Shown: one piece after another, positions 11,364-23,758 of the stretch
How positions within the stretch are numbered: the first letter of the stretch is position 1
Layout of the letters: each line of letters opens with the position of its first letter
From: Vicugna vicugna
Taxonomy: Eukaryota
Assembly: GCA_013265495.1 (NCBI GenBank)
Contig: MU057377.1
Coordinates: 310,001-374,000, forward strand
Length of the DNA: 64,000 nucleotides
Reading direction: 5' to 3'
The notes under the pieces: model-generated
Databases searched by the model: none
What the model was told of the DNA's origin: nothing
Seen by the model: the letters and a program-made list of their open reading frames with translations, nothing else
Position numbers and translations under genes: made by a program

Positions 11364-14300
11364 TTTGCACCAAGAACACGGTAGGGGCTGGAGTTTCAGA
11401 GGATCTCTATGGGGCTTGAGTAAATGAGTCCTTCCCTAATAAATAGCAAGAGAATATGACCTGGAAAAGAGGGTTACACTCAGAAATTTAGCGAAAAACA
11501 GAAGTTACAACACACAGTTGGAATAAATTCAGTTGATCAGAAAGTTCATATTTATGGCCAGTGTTCCATTTCTTCAATTATTGCTTCAACTATTTAACAA
11601 TCACCGATCCTCGTTTTTTAAATTAAGAGAGCTGTTTCTGGAGAGAGACGACCTGCCTGGATTGTAAGTCTTCCCCCGCAGCTGAGGATGCAGACCTGCT
11701 AATTCCTCCGCACATCCTGACGGGCATCTGCCAGCAGCAAAGAGACACTTTCATAGTCTTAGGGAGAAAATAAACTGAATTTTAAGAATTCAATTTTTTA
11801 CATCTAACTTGTAACAGTGGTGAAAAATACCACAGGATCCCAAATCATCTGTTTTTACTTTGTCTACATAATTGATTAAATAATGTGAAATCTGTTTAGT
11901 CTCCTATCAGCAACCATCTTCATGCAAGGTGATCAAAATTTATTGGTCAAATAAACTGGGTTTTGACCAAATTTATCCTTAAACACTGTTAGGATTTACT
12001 TTGAATTTTGAGCGCTCAATTAACCTGCCCTCTTGAAATATTTTTTACCTACTTGTATCATCTCTAGTTTTAAGTTCTTGCTCAGAGAACACAGAAAGAA
12101 GCACCCTCTGAGAAGAGACCCGATCATCCTCTTCAGAAAATGTTTATTATACGGTTTTAAGATTAACTCGGCATGGCAATGGTGTGTTTATTTTTATAGC
12201 CCCTCTGAGCCTTTTGCAGTCGTCTTATCTCTGAACTAGAAACCCCTGCGGGCGGACGTGAGACCTGCTGAAATGCATTCAGTAGGTCAAAGCTACTGGA
12301 ACTCCAGTAAATCTAAATGAATATAAGTTTATCCCACGGATGTGTTTGGTTGGTTTCAAGAGAGAGGCGCTGGCATTAATTTGGACTTCATTTCAAATGA
12401 TTTAAGGTGGCCTCTGCCAACTCAGATGACAGTATCATATTTTACTTCCTAATTGGGAACAATGTTTGCTTTATTCTTGTTTTCCCATGACAGGGTCTCC
12501 CATCCTACGAAAGTCATAACCTCCACCAAACACTAAAGAAGCCGACATAACTGGGGCTCCTCTGATCAGTGATTCTGACCATTGGATGCTTCAGATGTGT
12601 CACAATTATTACACCGACTATCCTTGTCCCCTTCAGTTTGAGACCTTTCAGTCCTACTATTGCAGACTCATTATTTGAGCTAGATTAGTATGTGGCAGTG
12701 CAGGGATATCGAATTGGAATCCATGTACAACTCAGATCACCAGTCAAGAGGACACTTTGGCTTCTGTTCTGCCTTTCAGAGACTTAAACACCAAGGCATT
12801 AGAAAACTAACAAAGACTTTTAGGAAAATTTGAGCTGGGGTTCACGTGGGGATGCGTATATTTTGGACCTCAGAGACCTAATAACTTCGGGAACCTCATA
12901 AAAGAAACCTTCAGAGTTAGGCTTAACTGAATGTTTCCACATGACAAAGTATTTTCAAATTAAATTTCCTCTTGGTGGTTAGTGTTGAGTTAATTGCCTT
13001 TTTGCAAAATTCAACATCCTCAAATTATTCAAAGGGGGAGCTTTTTTTTTTTTTTTTTCAGAAAATGAGACTGGCCTGGCGAAATAAGATTTCTGAGTGA
13101 TCAGCAAAAGGCTTTTAGATGTTGACTGCCATTGCATAAGCTGATCTACGACATCTCCAAATCCACGACCTGCACAGCCGAGTCACAGCGGGGGTTCGGG
13201 AGCATCTACGCTTTGGGGACTTGTAACGACAAATATACTTGCCTCCATTCAGTGATTGCTTCGTTTCAGCCCTGAATGAACTTCAGTCTTGGAGCCTCAA
13301 GCTGCCAACCACGGGCACCTCCAGGAGGTGCTTCTGAGGGCTGGACGAGGTGGACTTGGGAGCAGTTTTCCAGGAGGGGTTGTCACCCGACGTATTAGGA
13401 GACCCCGTGGCTGGTTCTGAAAGTGGCTGTCCTCAGGCACGTACTGCCAAGTATATTTGATGCAATGTCATTCCCAGGGTTGTGGAACCACAGAAAGCGA
13501 AGCCTGGGACCAAATCCCAGAAGGACGAGCTTAAATTGTAAACATGCATTTTTGTCATCACCGTTCAAGGCGAGGTACAGAGTAAAAGTTGCACTTTTGC
13601 TGGAAGCGGGTTGGAATGTGAAAGGTCATATTCATGCCAGAATTAAGGAAAGTCTCCTGATTTGAATCATAGCCCTGCAGAGCATAAAACCAGGTGAAGT
13701 CGGCTCACGAATCAACATCATCAAACGACGGTTTAAACCGAGACACATGGGTCGGTATTGCTTGCTGCCGAAGATCGTAGACGGTCATGATTCCTTAACA
13801 AACGAGGTTTAAGAAGTAACCCTAAAAGGCTGAGTATAAAAACAAAAAACTCATCTCTATCAAGCAGACCTTGTTTTTTCCATCTTATCGTCGGCTGTTT
13901 GGGAGACTGATACACCCAACCTTTGACTGATTTCCTAACGGTTCTGTTGAGAACATAGGGTGGTCTGCACAGTTTGTGTCCGTCTCACAAATGGAGTGAT
14001 TTCTTCAGTCGGATGGGACGGCCGTCACAGGCGGCAGTCTGAGCCCTGAGAATGACATGAACAAGCCGTCGAGAAGGACCACACCAAACCTGCGTGTTTT
14101 ACAAACACATCAGAAGGTGGGCGGAAGAGGATGGGCACCCACGGCTGGTCTGGCAGATGGAGTAGGAGGTGGGAGCAGATATGACCTCTGACGCGCCCCC
14201 TGCTCAGAATAATCGTAAGCGACGTGACACGTGGGGCTTCACACTAATGGCTGTTGCCCTGTGCCTGTGGGCTAGAGGTGCGGTCCCATTTTTCAGGCCA

Positions 14301-15109
14301 AGTTCACATCTCCTGGATGGGGGAGAAATTTAAACCTATGTTTCTTTGTCTCCAAAGGCTCTTGAAGTGAGGACAAGGGTTCCTCTTGCAGAGAGCTGCC
14401 CGAGGGCTGGATGAGCTGCAACGGCGGCGGCCGCGGGGGGAGAACGGCCGGCCCGCGGCCCGAGCGCGGGGGCCTCGCGTTAGCGCTGCGGCGGCGGGAG
14501 CGTCATTACCGCTCACGCGGCCTCTCCGTCCTGCGACAGCTGCTCGTCAGTGCCTTGGCCAATGCCGATAGGTGACAATAGTAATTATGCCACCCAGGGG
14601 CCACCTCCATCTCGGGTGATTTAAGGAGGTGGAAGAGGGCAGGTTGGACAGTCGATTTACGTCATGGTCCTCTGTCACCTCCTGCTTCTGTCTGGGGTCC
14701 CTGAGCCTGCAGAGGATGCGTGGCAGGCCCTTGGGAGGGGCCTTCCCGTCGCTCCTGGGACGCACCCTCCAGATGTGTCTTCCTTCGGTGCCCTCCGGCC
14801 CCGATCCGGGCAGGCAGGGGGGCAGCTGTGTCTACTCTGCTCCCCGGCCCCCTAGCCTGCAGCCCTGGCCCCCAGCCTCCCAGACCTGGGCCTGGAGTGA
14901 CCAGATGCTCACCTGACTCCCACTGAGAGAAACTGACCTACGTTTGTCCTATTTTATTAATACTGGGCTGATTATCATTGCTCTGCAAATGAATACTGCA
15001 TAATCCATCAGTTCCCAGAGCAGCAGCTTTGGAAACAAGAAATTAGCCACAGAGGAGTCCTGCGTCCCACTGCATTCTCTGCTTTGCCTCGTGGGTGTGG
15101 ACAGGTGTG

Positions 15110-15530
15110 ACTCAGTCATGCACTGTCGTGTAACAAACCCATCTAGCCTTAGTCACGTTGAACAGTGATTTATTATCTCTCTTTGATTCTGTGGCTCTGT
15201 TGGGTTGTTCCTCTGCTGGTCTCACAGGGGTCGCCCTGTGGCTGCGTCTGAGCAGTGCTGGGTCTCTCTCTCCGCGTGGCTCTGTCCCTCCAGGCTTCAC
15301 GGTGTGGAAGCCTCAGGGCCGCCAGCCAAGAGAGGGGGAAAAAACCAAAATGAAACCGCAAGCCTCTTGCACCTAGCGGCATTCCCATGCCATGCTGCTG
15401 GTCAGAGTCGCAAGGCCAGCCCCGACTCGGGGGAAGGCAGACGTGCCCACGTCTGCTCACGAGGCAAGCAAGCATGAGGGGCTTGTTCCCCGACTTAACA
15501 CAAACTGCAGAATTACACATGATGTGAAAG
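15110..15530 (-). mobile_element. MLT1-type (MaLR) LTR remnant
   Basis: tgtcgtgtaacaaacccatc...gatttattatctctctttgattctgtgg...ttcctctgctggtctc is typical antisense MLT1 sequence. Confidence 0.55.
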
Positions 15531-16489
15531 TTACACGATCACTGGGGATGCAGGCACTAGACTTTCTGTGTAAGGTAAGGTTTATCTTGTTAAAGACGGT
15601 TCAGTGCAAATTCTCCACAGGGCCGACTCAGAAGCTTTCTCACGTGAGACACTGTAAGATCTAGGTTGTTCAAAGATGCGGATTTGACTGGCTGGGTCAG
15701 CCTGTAAGTAACCTCCTGTATGTTGGCAGCATCCACGTGGAATCATTCATTCACTCATGCCTGCAGGCGTTCATTCCTATATGTGTTTGAACACGCATTC
15801 CTATGTAAACCCTGAAGTAGCCACTGGAAGAGGGAGAAAGCCAGATTAATGGCATCTTTTCGAAACTTAACGTGTTACCACTGACGGTTATCTTTTTCTT
15901 CTCACCTGTGCTGATCCCGACAGGACCAACTTCTGTAATTTTTTCTTTTTTAAGTTTGTAGTCTTTTTTAAGTCAGCTACTTATTTTTTTCCTTTAAGCA
16001 AGAGCTCTTTCTGTCCTTTCCAGGTAAGGCTCAATCAAGAAGTTGTAACTCTAGTGGGACCTAAGAGTCAAAATGCCTTCGGGCAGGCTCCACCTGCAGA
16101 CACCCAGGGACGTCCGTCTTCATGAGCAGACACTTCAAGCAATATCAGAAACGGAGAGAAAGCCAAAGAAGTAGATGTTAATAAGCTGCCCAGCTGTGAC
16201 GGTTTAGAAGCCAGAACGTCCAACAACAGTTCACACGAATCTTGGGCACTTTGGGGTTTTCCATTCGTTATTTGTTCATCTATGCAGAAAATATGTATTG
16301 TGTTTTTAATGTACACTAGGCCTGTCCTAGGTGAGGGGTTTTTGCCATGAAAGACCAAAAAAGCCAAGTTCTTGTCCTCATTTAAGTCAAGAGAAACAGC
16401 AAAAAAAGATGTGATTTGTCCAGTTGTGATAAAGAGCATGGAAACAAACAAACAAACAAACAAACAAAGGAGCACTTAGGAAGCTGAGG

Positions 16490-16670
16490 CAAATACGCCA
16501 CCGTGATGAGGGGTGTTGAGGGTCGGGGAGTGCATATGTGTGGGTGGGGACGGCTATGTGCAAGCTCTCTATATTTTCTGTTCAATTCTGCTGTGAACCT
16601 GAAACTGTTCTAAAAAATTGTCTATTAATTAAAAAAATAAAAATTAAATTTAAATTTAAAAAATTTTTAA
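16490..16670 (+). mobile_element. L1MC-like 3' end with A-rich tail
   Basis: ctctatattttctgttcaattctgctgtgaacctgaaactgttctaaaaaattgtcta; preceded by (AAAC)n at 16441-16467. Confidence 0.65.
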
Positions 16671-16679
16671 AAACCAGCC

Positions 16680-17130
16680 AAAGAGACTAGGGAGACGGGA
16701 CGCTGGGGTGAGGGGAAAAGCAAGATGGAATGTTGTCCCTTGGGTGGCAAGGATTTTGAGAAAGGAATGACAGTTGTATCAACGGCTGCTGAAGACAGAG
16801 GACGGGCCACTGTGTTTGGCAATGTGGCCATCGGTGACCCCGACACAAGCTCTTTCACGGAGAGATGCAGAGGGAAGCCAATTAGTTTGCATTCAAGGGA
16901 GATCGGCAGGAGGGGAGGAGGAGGCAGAGAATGTAGAGAACCCTCTTCTGGATGTTTTGCTGAAAGGGGTGCTGAGAAATGGGATGGTAATTGGAGGGAG
17001 ATGGGGCCCCAGGAGATAATTGTATATAACAGGAAATATGGCGGCATGCTTGGTGCTGTTGGAAATGGCCCAACAGAGTGAACAAACGGGTGACATGCGA
17101 TGAGAGGAGCGATTTCTGGAATGACGTCCT
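16680..17130 (-). mobile_element. L2 fragment
   Basis: gtgtttggcaatgtggccatcggtgacc...agagggaagccaattag resembles L2; accounts for the spurious ORFs at 16667-17197. Confidence 0.5.
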
Positions 17131-17229
17131 GCTCTAGAACAGATATAAAAGTTCCTGTCATTGATTTTTTGAGCATGTATCCAAAATACATAGGCATGTA
17201 TTTAAAATTTTTGTTTAAATGCTACTTTA

Positions 17230-17395
17230 TTTTTTAAGTTTTTAAATTTTTAAATTATTTTATTTTTTATTTTTTTGGGAGGGGAGGTAATTAGGTTTAC
17301 TAGCTTATTTTTAGAGGAGGTACTGGGGGTGGAACCCAGGACCTTGTGTTTGCTAAGCATGCGCTTTGCCTCTTGAGCTATATGCTCCCTCCTTT
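17230..17395 (-). mobile_element. tRNA-Ala-derived SINE (camelid Vic-1-like)
   Basis: The - strand reads gggagcatatagctcaagaggcaaagcgcatgcttagcaaacacaaggtcctgggttccacccccagtacctcc...aacctaattacctcccc, then an A-rich tail; TSD atgctacttta at 17219-17229 and 17396-17406. Confidence 0.85.
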
Positions 17396-17832
17396 ATGCT
17401 ACTTTAATAGCATGTTATATACATTTCAAAACATATGTAAAATTCTAACCAAATTTTTGGGAAAAAGTACATAAATCTTAGAGTCTGTATTTTCCTCCAT
17501 ACCATGTGGACACTTGCACTCATGTACTCCTTCCTTTGGGGTTCTTACCTTTAGACAAGGTCGTGGTTTGACACCAACTTATCAAAAAGCAGTTGGAAGG
17601 AAAGACCTTAGTCTTTTAGATTTGAGAATCTGAGTTTTCATTTATCTTGTTTTCTGTCCAGGGAACTGTTTTGACCATAAGCAATACCTTACACAGAGCC
17701 ATGACTTTATAAATAACGCTCGAGGTGAGTTAGTTAAAAGGTTCTTCACATGCTCCTAGAGGTTATTTTTGTCACATGTAGTGTCACAAAATGCACAAAA
17801 TACTCACAGAGGAGAACCACCACGTTCCAACT

Positions 17833-17838
17833 TTTATT
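17833..17838 (-). terminator. CRB1-A poly(A) signal AATAAA
   Basis: tttatt on + strand about 540 nt after the stop; downstream on the - strand is a GU-rich tract (gtggtggttctcctctgtgagtattttgtgcattttgtg). Confidence 0.7.
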
Positions 17839-18380
17839 TGTGGACGCTGGCTCGCCCTTTAACCACAGGCCACGCCCATGTCTCTCTGGAATCCGTGACT
17901 GAGGGACGGTGGGTACATCGTTTCCTAGGTAGTAACCGCAACTTTTTGCTACATTATAGGAAGAGTGAGAAGTGTGCCTATTTTCCCCTGTTGTCTCTGT
18001 GTTAAAAAAAAAAAAATCTCAGTAGCCAGCTAATGGGCAAACTAAAAACGTGTCCCCAGGTTACAAAGTGTGAAGAGTCTAACTGACAGGCACTGGAGCT
18101 TTCTGCAGAAGACGCTGTCCCCCGGGAGGTGTTCTTGCTAATTAGGAGGCTGAAATTCCTGGCACAAAAAAACACTGTTCTGTGATTGGCTAATATAACA
18201 CGATAAAACAGGGTGACCAGTTGAACCACGATGCACATGTTTGTGGTGGTCAGAGGAGCGCTTCCTGCAGATTCAGTGGTCCCAGTCGTACACGGATGTC
18301 TCCAGGTGTTTCAGAAAAACCCGTGGGTGCCATCATCCCGTTCATGGGTGCAGATCTCCTCCTCCAGAGACAGGATGCCT

Positions 18381-18596
18381 CTAAATCAGCCTCTCCGTCG
18401 CAGGGGGAGCCAGCACGCTCCACATCTCCACTCGAGAGCCGTCCTTTTCCTGACGGCTCGGGCTGTAGGACCCCTGGGTTGCCCGTTTGTTGGAGGCGAT
18501 GATGGAAGCAACCACCGCCAGAGAGAGGACCACCACCAAGGCCAGCGTCACGGAACCGACGGCGGCGAAAACGTCCGCGAGCAAGTCATCTGCCAG
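18381..18596 (-). CDS. CRB1: CRB1 exon 12 coding part (216 nt): TM helix and cytoplasmic tail with FERM- and PDZ-binding motifs (CRB1-A)
   Basis: Acceptor tccttgcag|[83 protein letters not shown]. Confidence 0.97.
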   Translation of the reverse strand: MADDLLADVFAAVGSVTLALVVVLSLAVVASIIASNKRATQGSYSPSRQEKDGSRVEMWSVLAPPATERLI

Positions 18597-19679
18597 CTGC
18601 AAGGACGGAGACAATTGTGATGTGAGTCACAGAGCAAAGGGGACCGTCCAGGACGAGGAGCTACCCCAGGGTGAAGGCCAAGCAGAGCACAGGTGACCCT
18701 CAATGCTGCAGAACGGCCAGGTGTGAAAGGAAGGGCAGTGTTCCTGTTCCCTAGCTCATGTGAACGTGATCACGTACCTAGCGTCTGAGGTCTGGGGTCA
18801 GACAGTGAGGCAGGAAACATCCACTCTGTTTCCCCTGTGTCTCGGTCTCGGTGACTGAGATCATTCGTGTGACCTCCAGACCAAAGGGAGAACCCACACG
18901 GATACTGGTAAAACAGTTCTGTGTCTATAGGGAACACGCTGTTCACCATCTCCTGCCTCCCTGCCGGAAGTTCTGATTTTGCATTGAAAGGATGGCTATT
19001 TTACAGCCTGTCTTGGGAAAGGAAGCAGATCAAATGAGTTGGGTCTCGTGGGGGACATGCTGGCACGCAGGGTGGGCCACCGTGTGCCGGTTTCCACGCC
19101 CATCCCTTTGATTTGGATTCATTGTGACAATTAAATGGTTGTAAAAGCACATGAGCTCGAGGTTGAGCCAAACCTCTAGAAACAGAAAACTGCGGGTAGA
19201 TCCCCATGAGGAGGGCTGGGTCGTGGGCCTTAGACACAGGGGTGGGTTTAACGTGGATTCCAATGTGCTGGCCAAGCATGTTTTAGCCATGGGGAACATG
19301 AAACTGGTTTAGTTGCTCAGAAATATTTGATTTAGTTGCACAGAAATATTAAAGACGGGAAGCAGTTGCTTTTTGACTTTTTAACAGATTTTCAAAGAAA
19401 CATCTCTGTCAGGGTAAGAAAAATCAGAAGGAAATTAGTTTACTTTCTTGTTCAGATGTCTCAATGACCCATCCCCCACGACCTAACCACACCAGTGGCA
19501 TCTTTGCTTGCTTGCCATCCTGTGGAATTTTAAATACCTTGGTTCGCCTTGGTGGGTTTTTTTTGTTGACTGTGCTATGGTCTAAACCATCATGTAATTA
19601 ATATAATCCTATCACACTGTATCTCTGCATAATTTTGTCCTGGCTGTGCTCATTATAAGCCTTGAACAAGTGTGGTTCA

Positions 19680-20590
19680 TTAGTTTCTTCATTCATTCAA
19701 CAATATTTACTGACCAGCTCCTATAAACATTTAAACGAGCTAGGAAATAGAAAGATAATCCAAAGTTTGAAACCTGGATCTCAGGTTGTGGGGATGGGAA
19801 AATCGAGGACACACACGTACACAAATAATCACACCACGCTATAAATGCGCGTTATGACGGCGCCATGGATGAACTGTGTTGGGCTGTAGCGGGACTCATA
19901 TTGGAACGAGGCATGTGATTATTCTTTGAAGGATAAATGGGCATTCAAATATTTCAAGCGGGAAATTCTCCTTGGATGAAACAATCTGAAATAAAAAGAG
20001 CAAGAGTACACGAAAGTCCTTAGAATTTTGGGAAATGGTAAGAAATCCAGTGTGACTTAGAGTATTCTCCTTGAATGTGTGTGTGAATTGGGAAAGGATT
20101 TTTAAAAGTTGATAAGAGGTGGGACTATAAAGTAAATGAATCTCAACCAGAAATTTGAAAGACACAGGAAAATTCAGACTTGGTCCTGTGGTTGGTGGGA
20201 GCCCCTGAAGGGGTTAAGCCAGAGCGTGGTATGGTCGGGTCTGTGGTTTATTGCCTTGGCTCTGGTGACAGGGTGGCGGGTGGGCGAGAGTGAAGGTGGG
20301 GCTGGAGGCAGAGAAAACAGGCGCTGACCTTATTTGAAGTCATGATGCGGTGACCTGGGTCTAACTTTACCAAGAGAGTGAGACTTGAAGGGGAAGGTGG
20401 TTGAGAGAGACTTGCGAGGTAGCACCACTCGGCACAGAGGAAAGATGAGAATGGTCACCATGGAGGTGACCGTGTGGATAGGACGCACACACAGACACAG
20501 GTCTGTGCAGGATGAGTTTGGGTTGGGGAAAGCTAGCACCAGGTGCCTGGTGTCAGGTGTGATGACATTCAGGTGGGCGGTGCTATCAGG
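19680..20590 (-). mobile_element. L2 fragments
   Basis: Begins ttcattcattcaacaatatttactga (reverse of the L2 3' end); degenerate L2 sequence continues to about 20590. Confidence 0.55.
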
Positions 20591-21194
20591 TAGAAGAAAT
20601 AACCACTCCCCGCGCTCCATTTTCACATTTCCATGAAAAGTTCTGGGTCACAACAGCTTTTCCAGTTACTGGAGAAAAGTTTATAACGCTTTCTAGAATC
20701 CAATACCTTTTCTAGAATAATTGGTTATCGCAACCAGCAGGCGAGTATTCCAGGCATCCTGTGTGGTACTGACATCCTTCATCAGAACAACAGCTTTGAG
20801 CTGGGAAGATGAGTGGGGCTGTAGACCTGACCTTGAAAGCACAAGGGTCTGGGACTCAGAGGGCAGATGGAATCCAACCCCCCGGTGTCAGCTAGGGACC
20901 TTAGATCTTGGAACCCTCTTGTTCCTAGATGCTGACGTCATCTTGATCTGCCCAGTGAACTGGGTCATCTTCCAGAGCACAGGCTGTTCTCCTGGATGAG
21001 TGAGGTGTGAGCATCCACACACATGGAGAAGAGAGAAGGCACTTGGTTTGCCTGTTGTCTGAACTTTTCTGGGCTCTTCTCATTCGGCCTGAGAATGACT
21101 CCCCAGGGGGAGCTAATCCCTCTGAGGCCCTCTCATCTGCTCCCCTGGCGCTGGAGATGGAGGGGACATCGTGCGTGAAGGTTGCTGAGTTCTC

Positions 21195-21815
21195 ATTAGA
21201 ACCCCACTCCTGGGTATGTATCCAGGGGAAACTCTAATTTGAAAAGATCCATGCACCCCAGTGTTCACAGCAGCACTATTTACAGTAGCAAAGGCATGGA
21301 AGCAACCTAAGTGTCCATCAACAGATGACTGGATAAAGAAGTTGTGGTATATAAGTACAATAGGATACTACTCAGCCATAAAAAAGAATGAAATAATGCC
21401 AATGCAACATGGATGGACCTAGAAATTATCACACTAAATGAAGTCAGACAGAAAAAGACAACTACCATATAATATCACTTACATGTGGAACCTAAAAAAA
21501 TGATACCAATAAACTTATTTACAAAATAGACAGCCTCACAGATACAGAAGGATACCAGGGCGGAAAGGGGGCATTAGGAGGGATAAATTGGGAGTTTGAG
21601 ATTAGCAGATACACACTACTGTACATAAAATAGATAAACAGCAAGGACCTACTATATAGCACAGGGAAGTATATTCAATATCTTATAATAGCCTATAATG
21701 AAAAAGAATATGAAAAGGAATATATATATATATATACACATATACACAGCTGAATCACTACACTGTGCACCAGAAATTAACACATGACAAACTGACTATA
21801 CTTCAATAAAAAAAT
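21195..21815 (+). mobile_element. LINE-1 3' end (ORF2 end, 3' UTR, A tail)
   Basis: ccccactcctgggtatgtatcca...atggaagcaacctaagtgtccatcaacagatgactggataaagaag...ctgactatacttcaataaaaaaa. Confidence 0.9.
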
Positions 21816-23049
21816 TGTTTTAAAGGAACTGCAGACCTGGCAGAAACAGGGCCAATTCCCTTCATGTGTCTGGGGACCTGGAGAGCCTGGGCTCTTGTCT
21901 CTGGAGGTGTCACTACTCTCAGCACCGCGGGGACCATGGAAGACCCAGCTCCAGGCCTGAGATGCCGCCCCCTCTGCCGCCCCAGCCGTGTGTGAGCAGG
22001 GGAGGCTCAGCCTGTCCCCCAGGGTCCTGGGTTTGACCCGTGGCTCTGCACATGCCCCCTGGGTGACAACAACAGGATCTTTTCTCTCCAGAGACTCAGG
22101 TTCATCACCTGTACAGCGGGATCCCAGCATCTGCTTCCCAGGATGGGAGGCAGCAGACACAGTGGATGCAAAGGCCAGAGAGAATGTCCCAGGGTAAGCG
22201 CTCCGCCCGCGAGTCATAGAGCCGCCGCCGTGAAGATGCCATGTGCCACTTCCCTGATGCTGCTGGCGCCTGAAGGATGAACCAGAACCGTCCCCCCACC
22301 CCCCCGATGCCTGGTGACATGCCGGCGGGAGCCAACCTACAAACCGAATATGGCGACTCCAAGCTTCGGCTGAGATGTTTGATGCCACGGCTCGCCTGAC
22401 TCCATCCAACAGGGCCCGCCCTCCAGCGGGGTGAGTCGGGCTTTGCAGTCGCCTCTGGAGGGCCCTTTGGTTCTGAATCCCCATGGCTGAAGGCCCTCTT
22501 GGGCGCTGCTATTCTCAGCCAGGCTTCAAATGCACAGCCCAGGACGGAGCATCTCATAGTGCATGCGGCTGTGACTCAGGCACAGAGAGGGGCCGACTGC
22601 GGCCGTCCTGAGAACAGCGTGAGTTTAAGGCCAGGGCTGTTCCAAGGCTGTGCTTCTGAATCTCCTTCTCCTGAAAACATTTCCTCCCAATTCATGAAAA
22701 TTTCATGTAAAATTGCCTTTAATAGCTTATGTAGCAATCTGCGTTGTTTTGTTAGTATCTTGTTTAAATGTAATTTTTATACATGATTCAGTTAAGCTGT
22801 GATGACTTTGAACTCTCTATCTGCAGAATAAAATAAATAGACACTTCATTTTTTTTTTTTTTTTGCATAGAGGAGTCGTCCTGAGACAGACTGGCTGTGG
22901 CTTGTGTGTGACCCAGGGCCAGGGGCGCGCCGGTATTCCGAGATGAGACTCTCATGACTTGTTTTGAACCGTCTTACCTGAGACTATGCTGGAACGTGCT
23001 TTTTTGTTTTTGCTTTTTTAATAGGGGTTTGGGGTATTTTTTGTTGTTT

Positions 23050-23235
23050 CCTTTTTTTCCAGTTTATTGAAATACGATTGACAACATTGCACGTGCGGGT
23101 TGTACAGCATGAAGATGTCTTTCAGCTATCTGAACTGTTAATTTAAGACACGTAGACGCCGTGAATGATGATCACAATCAGGTTAATTAACGAGCCCATC
23201 ACCTCACAGAGTTACTATCTGTGTGTGTGTGTGTC
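23050..23235 (-). mobile_element. L1MA-like 3' terminal fragment
   Basis: tttttttccagtttattgaaatacgattgac...ttaattaacgagcccatcacctcacagagttac followed by (TG)n. Confidence 0.55.
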
Positions 23236-23732
23236 TATGTGTAACACGCACATCGTGTCACACAAGTAGCCATGTTAAAAGCATTATGTACTTACTATTG
23301 TGAGCTTTAGTGATTAATGAAAAGACACTTGAAAGATGTGTTTCTACAAGGCCGGTTTTAATATTTACCTTCTATCTGTGTATCTAAAGCAAAGTGAGGA
23401 CATTGCTAACTCTCATCCTTCAAGTTAAAAAAAGGAGAGAGAGAGAGAGCCAGAGCTGACCTTGTGAATTCCTCCTGCAACAAGCAGATCTTCAGTCCGG
23501 CGGAGGGTAAAAACCTCCCACACAGACCTGGGTCCTTGAACTGTATCTTATCAGCGACTTGCTAGAAACAGCCGTTTCCATAGTGATCCTGGACATGAGC
23601 CGGAGCTCTGTTTTTAACATGAATACTCCTGCAGCAGCCGATTTTCAACTGTAAATACACTGTCCACTTTACAGAAATAGGGGGGGTGATGGGGACTGAG
23701 ACGCCCAAAGGGGGGCCTTGGGCAGGGCCCTG

Positions 23733-23758
23733 GCACCAGCAGGGGGCCATCTATTAGA
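23733..23758. promoter_or_regulatory. Candidate CTCF site in CRB1 intron 11
   Basis: CCAGCAGGGGGC at 23736-23747, overlapped on the - strand by CTAATAGATGGC. Motif match only. Confidence 0.3.

Noticed and set aside
21777..22484. 235-aa ORF on the - strand, and similar ORFs at 24922-25518, 39464-40015, 51042-51626 and 55105-55896
   Set aside because: They fall in GC-rich patches or L2/L1 relics and show no domain resemblance or supporting splice structure.
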